A stretch of 37,006 nucleotides of DNA from Saprolegnia diclina VS20 (lineage: Eukaryota): contig NW_008246076.1 in the NCBI RefSeq assembly GCF_000281045.1, positions 497,717-534,722 on the forward strand. The letters are read 5' to 3'. Below the pieces are notes generated by a model. The model made no database searches and was not told where the DNA came from. It worked only from the letters and a program-made list of their open reading frames with translations. Positions 11,739-21,722 of this stretch are shown in pieces. The position numbers were made by a program, and so were the translations under genes. Numbering within the stretch: position 1 is the stretch's first letter; every line of letters starts with the position of its first letter.

Positions 11739-13564
11739 ATGGGCGAGACCACCCGCGTCGGTCCTAGTCCGACGGCGGTGCGCTTCTGCGTACGGCGGAA
11801 CCGCTCGGCCATGCTTGTAAGCCTTATCATGTTGCTCAATATCCTCTCCATGGTACGACATTCCATGTGTACTGTCCACACTTGACAGCGCTGTAGCCCA
11901 TGAAGGCGTACCTCTCCGAGTTTCTCCCGTGGCAAACCGTCCCGGCACTACCCGACGCATTTGCCAACTATTCGAGCTTTTCGAATGCGACGCTAGCGTA
12001 CCAGCAGGCGCACTACACGCCGTGGACGCTGCCGAATGGCTCCAAGTACTTTGACGACGCTGCCATGGACGTCCAAGTGCTCCGGGCGACGCTGAATTTG
12101 ACAAACCATGAGCCAATACGGTCTCGCGCCGACTGCCTAGCGTCGTTCGTACTGGGCCTGCCAGGCTTGATCTACTACACGCCAGTGCAATTGGACCTCG
12201 TCTGTGCCCTCGCCGCGGACGCTGACGTCAACGCGTCATCCTGGGACAAGGTTGGCGCGTGTTACGTTGACAAGTTTTGCACCATCGTCATTGGCCACTC
12301 GTGCGTGTGGCTGAGCGCCGGTGATGCGGTCCATGGCGGAGAGCTGTCGCCACACGTGGTGACGATCACGTACACGTTTACGGGCACCCGCTTGAGCCAA
12401 TGGCTGTGGTGGAAGCTCGGGTTCCGCACCGTCTTGACGATCTTTGTCGCGTGGCGTCTCTGGCAACAATACTACGCGCATTGCCAGCGCCTCCAAGAGT
12501 GTTTGGCTGTCCGCGGACACTGCGCCAACCTAAGTCCGACCGAGTGGCGCTACGAGCTCGTATTGGGCGACCCGACCGCCATCATTCTCATGGACCCAAG
12601 TGTCGCATGCGCGTTTGTCGTAGATATTTGGATCAGCACCAACTCGGTCGGCATTGCGGTCTTGCGCGCGTCCCAGAACGGTGACCTCTACGTCATGTTT
12701 GTGACGTTTGTCTATCTCTCGCGGACGGTTTGTGTCACTGGATTTTGGCATTTTTGATGTTGGACTATTGCATAGGTGTGGTTTGCCTACTGCGCGCTCT
12801 GCGTCGCGGCCTACTGCTTGAAGAAATGGAAAATCGAGCATGCGTTTACCGAAGTCGACCCGACGCTCGTGGCCGTCGGTGTTGCGATCTACGGCCCGCT
12901 TGTCTCGTGGCTCAGCGGTAATGTCGGCTTCCTTGCGCTCTTGTACCAATGGACGTTTACACTGCTTGTGCCCTCGTCCTTGCTCGGCCAGGAAAACGAA
13001 CTCGGGCCGGGCTGCGCCATGTACACGCTACTGATTGCGTGCCTTCCACTGGCCTACGGCTTTGCCATCCCGGCACTGCGCCACCGTAAACGAGAGTACG
13101 CGATCGCATGTCTCATAGCGCGACTAGGGTTCTGCAAGCACCGAAGCAAGACGCCCAATTATGCGAGTCCGTTCTACAACAGCATCAAGAACCGGACGAT
13201 TTTCGGTCTCTTGGCGCCGTTCCGACCCTCGGCCGACGTGTATCCAGTCGAAGCGACCAAGCGGATTCTCGAGCGCGGCGGCGCCATCTACTCGCTCTTT
13301 GCGACCAATTCGCGGTACAAAAATTGTCCGACCATCAGCCTTCGAAGCGCCGACTGCTTCCTCCTCTGCTACCACAACGAGTCGCTCGTGTCCAAGATAC
13401 GGCTGAGTCTTCTCTGCAGCCTCGACTGCAACGCTGCGACACCCGAGCTCGCGGTGGAGAATGCTGAAGGCAAAGCCGCTTTCATCGCGAATGAAATTAC
13501 GTGTGGTCACAGTGGTCGACCTACCATGCGCCGACCCACGGAAGCCTCGCCCTGGTGCATTTGA
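11739..13564 (+). CDS. Array paralog E: uncharacterised multi-pass membrane protein; exons 11739-11852, 11897-12727, 12776-13564, with a probable in-frame 42-nt intron at 13086-13127
   Basis: MGETTRVGP...NILSM|PMKAYLSEFLPW...FVLGLPGLIYY...WRYELVLGDPT...YLSRT|VWFAY...TEVDPT...YNSIKNR...GGAIYSLF...PTISLRSADCFLLC...ASPWCI*. Confidence 0.9.
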
Positions 13565-13852
13565 GCGATCTTGACTGTCCATTTTTGACCTTGGATCTTA
13601 GCATTTCCAAAATTAGCGTATTTGTAGTATGTTTTTGAAGCAATCTCATTGCGCCGATATGACGTAACCCAAATCCTGTTTGACAAAGCCGATCGTGCTC
13701 GTGGCATGACACGGGTGTCGTCTGAAGCTGAAGACACGCGATGGACGACATCGACGCGCAAGCACATCCCCATTCATTCATTTTCTTGGCGCACGCAGAT
13801 TCGCTGTTGCACGAGTAGAAAGGTCGTCGACTATATATATACATTCACTGGA

Positions 13853-15623
13853 ATGGCCAAGGTTCCGGTCGTGGCAGGCCCCGCGCGCGAGTTTCGCGTG
13901 CGCCGGAATCGCGCCGCGTTGCTTCTCAGCTTCGCCATGCTGGCCAACCTCATATCGATCGTACGTTCGCCTCTTGCAACCCTCTTTACGGTGGGGTGGT
14001 GTAGCCTGCCCGCGCGTACCTCTCCGAGTCGTTTCCAGGCATCGCCCCGACCATCGTCTCGCCCGTCTTTGCGCCGTTTGGAGCTTTCGAAAACGCAACG
14101 CTCTCTGCCTACATGACCGCGTACAGCGACGTATCCGCGCTCGGGTACCAGTACGACCAAACGAGCAGCATCTACGTGCTGCGCCGTACGCTCGACATGT
14201 CGGCGACGCCCACTGCACTGCGCTGCGTCACGGATTTTGCCTTGGGTCTCCCCGGCCTCATCTACTACACCGGCGCCCAACTCAACTTTCTCTGCGCCTT
14301 CCTCGCCAGCGATATTCGGCGAGCGTATGTGAACCACGGCGCGTGCCACGTCGATCGGAGCTGCGCACTGGACATTGGCTACTCGTGCATTTGGCTCTCG
14401 CAGCGAAAAGAAGATCCGCCTGACGTGTACGTTCTCTCGTATGCGTACACGGCGACCCGCTGGAACGATTGGCTTTGGATCAAGTTGGTCTATCGCATTG
14501 GCATCACGGGTCTAATTGCTCAGCGTCTCTACAGCGGCTACTTCAAGCACGTGCGCGACCTCGAGACGATCTTGCGCTCGCACGGGCACTGCCTCGGCTT
14601 GGACGCGCATACGTGGCGGTACGAACTCGTACTGGGGGACCCCACGGCAATTGTGCTCATGGACGGGTGGGTCGCCTTCGCCCTTGTCGTCGATACGTGG
14701 CTGAGTACAAATACGATCGGTGTCGCGATACTTCTCGCCGCGCAGGCAGACGACCTCTGGGTGATGGCTCTGAGCTTGGTGTACCTCTCTCGCACGGTAT
14801 GTATTTTCGATGTCGTTGATGGACAATAGGACAATGCATGGCACTAGGTCTGGTTTGCTTACTTTGCCCTCTGCGCGGTCGCACATGCCTTGAAGAAATG
14901 GAGATGCGAGCACGCGTTCTGCGAGGTCGACCCGACGCTTGTCGCTATCGCCGTCGCCATCTACGGCCCGCTGCTGTCTCAACTGAGCGTTTTCGTCGAG
15001 TGGCTCGTACGCTTGTACCACTGGCTCTTTGTCGCGTTTGTGCCAAACGACGCAAAAGCGCATGAGAACGAACTTGGACCTGGCTGTGCCATGTACACGC
15101 TCATGGTTGCCAGTCTCCCACTGTTGTACGGCCTTGCCCAACCGCCGTGGGCTCGCCATAGTACGTATATTGACTTGATGTACATATTCGAATATGCGTC
15201 GTAGGGACAAGGTGGAGGCACAAGGTCGCGCCGGCCGTGCTGCAAGACTATGCCAGTCCACTCTACAACAGCATCAAAAGCCGCCTTTTGGTGCGCTTTC
15301 TATCGACTTTGCAAGCGCCGGCACCGCGCGCTGAGGGCGGCTCCGTGTACGCTCTCTTCGCAGCCAATTCGCGCTACAAAAACTGTCCGACCATCAGCCT
15401 TCGAAGCGCCGACTGCTTTCTCCTCTGCTACCATAACGAGGCACTCGTGTCCAAGATGCGTCTGAGCCTCCTTGGCAGCCTCGACCGCAACCTTGGCGAC
15501 CCGACATTGGCCGTCCGCATTGCCTCTGTCGTTGCCACCTCCAACATGAACGAGCTCGTGCTCCACCCGGGTCAGCCACCGACAATTCGACGCCCTTGGA
15601 TTCCGTCGCCGTGGTGTATTTAA
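13853..15623 (+). CDS. Array paralog F: uncharacterised multi-pass membrane protein, 4 exons (13853-13960, 14005-14796, 14848-15160, 15205-15623)
   Basis: MAKVPVVAGP...NLISI|PARAYLSESFP...FALGLPGLIYY...WRYELVLGDPT...YLSRT|VWFAY...CEVDPT...|RTRWRHKVAP...YNSIKSR...PTISLRSADCFLLC...PSPWCI*. Confidence 0.9.
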
Positions 15624-15825
15624 CAACCCACTACTATAGTTTATGCTGAACTTGTCTGAGTTTCTACGGACATTTGCCGCGACGAGTCTTATTCGACCAG
15701 ATAAAATATTTATCGAAAAACACTCGTTCGTATTGACATATGAGCCTCGCGCTGAGGCGGACCGGTGTCTCCCGATGCCACGTCATACGTAGTTTTCTAT
15801 CAATAGAGTTGCCAGAAAGGACAAC

Positions 15826-17625
15826 ATGACCAAGGTGGCGCCGGCGGGTCCAGCCGTGTCGCTGGTCCACACGCGCTTTGAGGTGCGCTGGACGCGATTC
15901 TCAGTCGTTGTGAGTCTCGCGATGGCCCTCAACATCGTCTCCATGGTATGTTCCTTTCACTCGATCCTGCCGACACCTTCCGTGTGGCCGATGAAGGCGT
16001 ACTTGACCGAGCAGCTGCCGTGGCGAGGCGACAACACGCCATACCCCGTCTACGACTCGTACGCTGCCTTTAGCGCCTCGTACTTGGCCGAGAACCAAGC
16101 GCGCTTCAACCGGTCCACACTCCTGCACCAGCGATCGTACTACGTTGACGACGCGACGCGCACCGATGTCATCCGTGTCGCTCTCGACATGCGCCGACGC
16201 ACGCACGACGACTGCATCGACTTTCTCTTGGGTCTGCCGGGCCTCATCTTTTACGGTGGCAACATGCGTCGCTTTCTTTGCGACTTTGCCGCATCGCCCC
16301 GTGGACTCAATGGGACGGACGACCAGCGCTGGCACCAACGCGGTGTCTGCCAGTACGGCTTGTTTGCCGGCACCACCGTCGGCAAACAGTGCATTTGGCT
16401 CACGACCGGCGACGACCTGACACAGGATGACGCACCGGGGGTCTTTACCCTCACGTTTATCTTTCAGCTGCCCCGGTTTTATGTGTGGCTCTGGGTCAAA
16501 TTCGGGTACCGCTGTCTCATTAGCTTGTACGTGTGCTTCGAAATGTGGCGCGAGTACTACCGCCACTGCACACACCTCTGCGCGATCGTCCAGCGCTTTG
16601 GCCATACCGTTCCGACGCCGACATCTTTGGCGTGGCAGTACGACCTCGTGATGGGGGACCCGACCGCGCTCATCCTACTCGATCCGGTCGTCTCGGCTGC
16701 CTTTACGCTCGACGTGTGGCTCAGTATGGAGTACATGGGCATTGCCATGGTGCGTGCGACGCAAATCGCCGATCTCTACACGCTCTTTCTCGCGTTCATG
16801 TACTTTTCCCGCACGGTATATGGCGAGTGGGTGTCCATATTAAACCATAGACTTTCGTTTGCTAGGTTTGGTTTGCCTATTTGGCACTGAGCGTCTCGTC
16901 CAAAGTTCTCAAACGCTTTGCGAAGGAACACGTCTTTGCCGGCGTGGACCCGACGGTGGTCGCGATTTGTGTCGCCGTGTACGTCGTCCCAGTCGACTAC
17001 CTCCAAGCCAACACCCGCATCGTAAATGCGTACTACTGGCTCTTCCGTGTGCCAGCCTCGCGCGACACGCAAGACGAGCAAGTCGACGTGCTGCTTGGCT
17101 GTGTGCTCTTGACCATCTCGATAGCTCTCTTTCCCGTACTCTATGGGGTTGCCCGATCGCGCTGCCGTAGCGCCTTGATCGGTTGGCGTCTGCTGAGCAT
17201 TATGCGTAGGGTCAACGCCAGCATTGTCGAGCCGCCGTGCCGCATACAGCAGCCAAGCGTACAACGGCGTGAAAGCGCGGCTCGTGCTCTTCGTCTTGCG
17301 CCGCTTTCGTCGACGCGATCGCCAAGCGCTTGCCTTTGGCGGCACCTTGTACGCTGTGTTTGAGGCCAACCCGCGCTACAAGAGGTATCCGACGATCAGT
17401 CTTCGGTCCGTCGACTGCTTTCTCGTTTGCAAAAGCCATGGAGTCCCCAAGCAAATGATTCGTCTCAGTCTCCTGCGGAGCTTGGACTGCCACCCGACGA
17501 ACCCGCACTTGACAATCACGGACGGCAGCACCGAGAGCGTCGTCAACGTTTTGGACCGCATCGAATGCACGGGCACGTCGTTTTGCATACACCGGGGCAT
17601 TGCGCGCACTGCGTGGTGCATGTAG
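15826..17625 (+). CDS. Array paralog G: uncharacterised multi-pass membrane protein; ancestral intron 1 (15946-15987) lacks an AG acceptor and reads through in frame; introns at 16816-16865 and 17167-17209
   Basis: MTKVAPAGP...NIVSM(VCSFHSILPTPSVW)PMKAYLTEQLPW...FLLGLPGLIFY...YDLVMGDPT...YFSRT|VWFAY...GVDPT...|RSTP...YNGVKAR...PTISLRSVDCFLVC...RTAWCM*. Confidence 0.87.
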
Positions 17626-18068
17626 CCGACAGACATAAGAACGTATTGGCTATATATGTGACCACGTTCGTAGCCCATACATATATATTTCCTCGGTAAT
17701 GTCGATGGAAGGGCGTTGGGATCTAGTTAGTGGATCGCACCATTGATATCAACTAGGGCTTCATAATATGACGTCCTTTGCACAGCGATTTTAGCAAGGA
17801 TTTTACTGCAAAAGTCAGGACGCTACCTGGTCGTAGACAATATCTCGGCACGTAGCTCTCAAGTATTTCGATGCAAAACTCTCACAGTATTTTGCGCCAA
17901 GCTTTTTGGGTGCACTCTGCGCACAGAGCACAGCGCATCGTCCATGCGTTGTCCCGCACTCCCAATCTGTCGTCAACGACCTCCAACGACCTCTTTTTGA
18001 AACCGCCGCGCGCTGCGGTGCTGCCACGTCAGCAAACCTAATCTTAGATACAACCGTCCAGTCGCGCG

Positions 18069-19834
18069 ATGACGCAGGTCGCACCAACGCGATGGGAGCT
18101 ACCCTCGTCCTCCGAGTTGAGTGCGAAGCTCGACTTCCCCGTCCGTTGGAACAAGATCTCGGTACTTATCAGCGCCGCCATGCTCATCAACATCGCCTCC
18201 ATGGTACATGCTGCCTGAGTTTGAGATGGACTCACGCGGTTGTAGCCGCTGAAAGCTTACTTGTCCGAGCAAGTCCCGTGGCGCGCAAGCGAGGCCCCCG
18301 AGCCTGTGTTTGCAAACTATTCGGCCTTCAACGCATGGTACCTCGCATCAAACCAAGCCCGCTTCAACCGGCAGACGCTAGCCCACGCGTCGTCCTACTA
18401 TGTCGACGATAGCACACGCACCGATGTCATTCGTGTGGCCCTCGACATGCGCACCTCACAGCCCGAGTCGAGTTGCATCTCGTTCTTGCTGGGCTTGCCG
18501 GGACTCATTTTCTACAGCGGTGGTTTTTGGAACGTTCTCTGCTCGTTCGAAGCGATCGACCACCGCAACGCAACCCTTGGCGATGCCTTGCGCTGGGACA
18601 AGGTCGGCGCGTGCCAGTACGGCAAGTTTGCCTCCGTCCTCGTCGGGCGGCAGTGCGTTTGGCTCACGACCGGCAACGATTTAACCGGATTTGACGCGCC
18701 TGGAGTCTACACGCTCACGTTTACCTTCCAGCTCGGCCGCTTCTACAATTGGCTGTGGTGCAAATTTGCGTACCGCGTTGGCCTCACATGCTACGTCCTG
18801 CGCGTCATGTGGCGCGCCTACTACCGCCACTGCTTGCATTTGGCGCGGACGCTGACGACCCACGGGCTACAGCGACGCACTCCTCCATGTACGTCGTTTG
18901 AAATTGTCGTTGGGGACCCAACGGCCCTCGTATTGCTCAACCCGATCGTCTCGACGGCGTTCACGTTGGACATTTGGTTCAGTATGGAGTACATGGGCAT
19001 TGCCATGGTGCGCGCGACGCAGTTTGTGGATCTCTACACGCTCTTTCTCGCCTTCTTGTACTTTTCCCGCACGGTACGGCCACAATTTTTATCTTTTTAT
19101 GGATCCCATGGATGCATTTCGTCTAGGTATGGTTTGCCTACCTCGCGCTCGCGTTCACATCGCGCTGTCTCAAGCGGTATCACAAAGAACACTGGTTTGT
19201 CGAAGTCGACCCGACGATCGTTGCCGTCTGCGTCGCCGTGTACTCGATCCCGGTCGACTACCTCCAGGCCAACACCGTCGTGGTCTACTTGTACTACTAC
19301 CTCTTCCGCCTCCCATCATCGACCGACATGCAGGACCACCAAGTCGATGTGCTCTTTGGGTGCGTCCTGCTCACACTTCTCATTGCCGCTGTCCCAATTG
19401 TCTATGGCTTTGCGCGCGCCCGCTGCAGCCGCAAGGCAACGACGTCTGTTCCGTATGCGAGTCTTGACTACAACAGCGTCAAGAACCGACTGTTGTTCAA
19501 GCTCGTACGATCGATCACAGTGCGCCGCGGTCTCGTCGACGAGTCGGGTGGGTCTCTCTATGCTGCGTTTGCGCATGATGCTCGATACAAGATGCACCCG
19601 ACGACCAGTCTCCGCAGCGTCGACTGCTTTGTGTTGACCAAAGCACGAGGTCGGACAACGCATCTGGAGCGGCTCAGCCTGCTCTCGAGCCTCGACCGAT
19701 TGGGCTCTGAAGCCGCGTTGGCGATTTCGGTCGAAAAAGCTGCGACGGCCGAGCGCACGTTTGCCAAGCTTGCGGCGCACAAGAGCAGCTTTCAACTGGC
19801 GCTAGGAAACGAGCCGTCGGCGTGGTGCTCGTAA
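18069..19834 (+). CDS. Array paralog H: uncharacterised multi-pass membrane protein, 3 exons (18069-18203, 18246-19073, 19127-19834)
   Basis: MTQVAPTRW...INIASM|PLKAYLSEQVPW...FLLGLPGLIFY...FEIVVGDPT...YFSRT|VWFAY...VEVDPT...YNSVKNR...GGSLY...PTTSLRSVDCFVL...PSAWCS*. Intron 3 is absent. Confidence 0.89.
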
Positions 19835-20178
19835 TGCGTTGGTGGTCCTTGCACACTTTGTACACGGGCACTGCGCCGCCATCGGGGTTGTTTCATATGC
19901 CGCAGCAAACACGAGCGCATTTCATTAGCGACTAAGCTTCAATCGATATTCGTGCTACCGTTGTCTACTACAGAGTGACGCCGACGCTGTCCTATCTAGC
20001 CCCTCGACCATCCCAAACGGCAGCTGGTTTTCGTCATCATTGGCAGAGTCCGCGACCCGAGCCCTATTCCACACTCGTGCTACGCTCTACTAGTAGTACA
20101 ATCGTAGCCACTAGCTGTCCCTACTTGCGAGCGTACTAGCTGTTGTACGTTGGCGTGTGTTGAAACAAAATGTTTTTT

Positions 20179-21722
20179 CTATCGGCGCTCGTAAAAGAGC
20201 ATGTAGGCTTTGGCGCGGGCGACTTCGGAGGTCGGTACATCGAGGACACGGTCGTCTGAGACGTGGACCCACCGACGAGGTGCCAAGCGGCGGTAGCACG
20301 TGTAGTGCCCGCCCCGCTCGTTGCCGTGGTGAACAATCACTGCGATCGCATCGTAGACCAGTTGATCCTACAAAAGGTATCAACTTGATACTATCCAAGC
20401 GCCATCCCAATACATAAGTGTGGTCTTTGGTGTCGTCGTCGAGGAGCAAGTCTTGCGCCAGGAGCGTCGACTCGAAGCGGAGGTACGAGTCGAGCTTGAC
20501 CATGGCATCTTGCAGAAAGACGTTGCGGTTGATGTGAAACGCAAGCACGTCCGGGCACCGCATGAGCCGGATATGGCGTAAGAAGGGCGCGTACGTCCGC
20601 CGGCACGCGCGCGGGTCCTCGATCCCGTTCTTGTCGAGCCAGAGACCTTCGTCGTCGGTCCAGCCCGAGCCGTCCATGTCCAAGTCGCACACGCCATTGG
20701 TCGACGCCAGGCGCGTCCCGAGGATATCTATTTTGTAGTTTCGCTGTTTTGTATCAATGTATCAAGAAGAAACGTACCGAGAAGGTTCTGTCGCCACTCG
20801 AGCACGTCCGCACGAAGCACGTTGCGGGCGTCGCCGCCTTCCCAGAGCGAGGGCACGTCGACAAACTCCATGGGATCGCCACTCGCCAGCGCGTCGCGCT
20901 GCTCCTCGACGACTGCAAGAAGCGCGCGCAGCGTGCAGTTGGTGCACTCGACGCCGTCGATGCGCTCCATGCTCGTATAGTGGCGCCACGACTCGCGGAG
21001 GTGGTTGAAAACGTGGCGGCCGTCCATGCTGCCGCAGAGCGAGAGCTTCAGGTCGAGGAATCGGTCTGTCCACATGGGCTTGCGCATATGACAGCGCGTG
21101 CACTCCTACATGGCCGCCTCGTACGATAAAGCCAAGTATGGGAGAGTGGGGGACGCACGAGAAGCGTGCCGCTGAGGCCGTAGAACGGGTTGTGACTCTC
21201 GGCCGGCGCGCGCCCGATCAAGTCAAAGAGCGAGCCTTTCGGCTGCGTCTTCTTGTACTCGTCTTCGCAGAGCTCCATGATGAGCTGAAACCACTCTTCT
21301 GCGTCCTGTCCATGCCATGAGAAAAGGACGATGGAAGCGCGCACCTGTTGGCGATTGCCGCGGAAGCCCTGGATGCTCTTGCCGAGCTGCGCATTCAAGA
21401 GGCGCGGCTCGACCGCGCCGCCGATGGTAGACCGTGGGCGTGGCGAGAGCTCTATAACGAGTCGGTATCCGTTGCAGGACGATGCCATGTCGGTACCATG
21501 GAGGTAGTGCTGCAGCACGGACGTGAACGCGAGGCAGCGGTCGTCGCCAGGCGTGGCCTCGTCGTCATCGTCCATGGGGCAGATCTCATCGAGGTGGGCG
21601 ACGAAGCGCTTGGAAGATGCGAGCGCCTGCAGCACCGCGTTGAAGTAGCACGTGTTGCCGAGGTTGCGCAGCCCCGCGACGCTGAGTTCGTCGTCCACCA
21701 TGATCGCAAATTCCGCCTGCAT
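20179..21722 (-). CDS. Ubiquitin carboxyl-terminal hydrolase (peptidase C19/USP family, USP30/UBP27-like), multi-exon
   Basis: Cys box GLRNLGNTCYFNAVLQALAS, QQ|DAEE, CxxC pairs (CSACC, VECTNC), FLDLKLSL, His box VIVHHGNERGGHYTCYRR, WVHVSDDRV, AYMLFYERR*. The start could instead be the ATG at ~21701. Confidence 0.9.

Noticed and set aside
2185..19834. Calling the array GPCRs, or treating the recurring motifs as a CRISPR-like or mobile repeat array
   Set aside because: There are no GPCR signature motifs and the helix count is uncertain by eye. The repeats are paralogous intron-containing coding sequence in a eukaryote.
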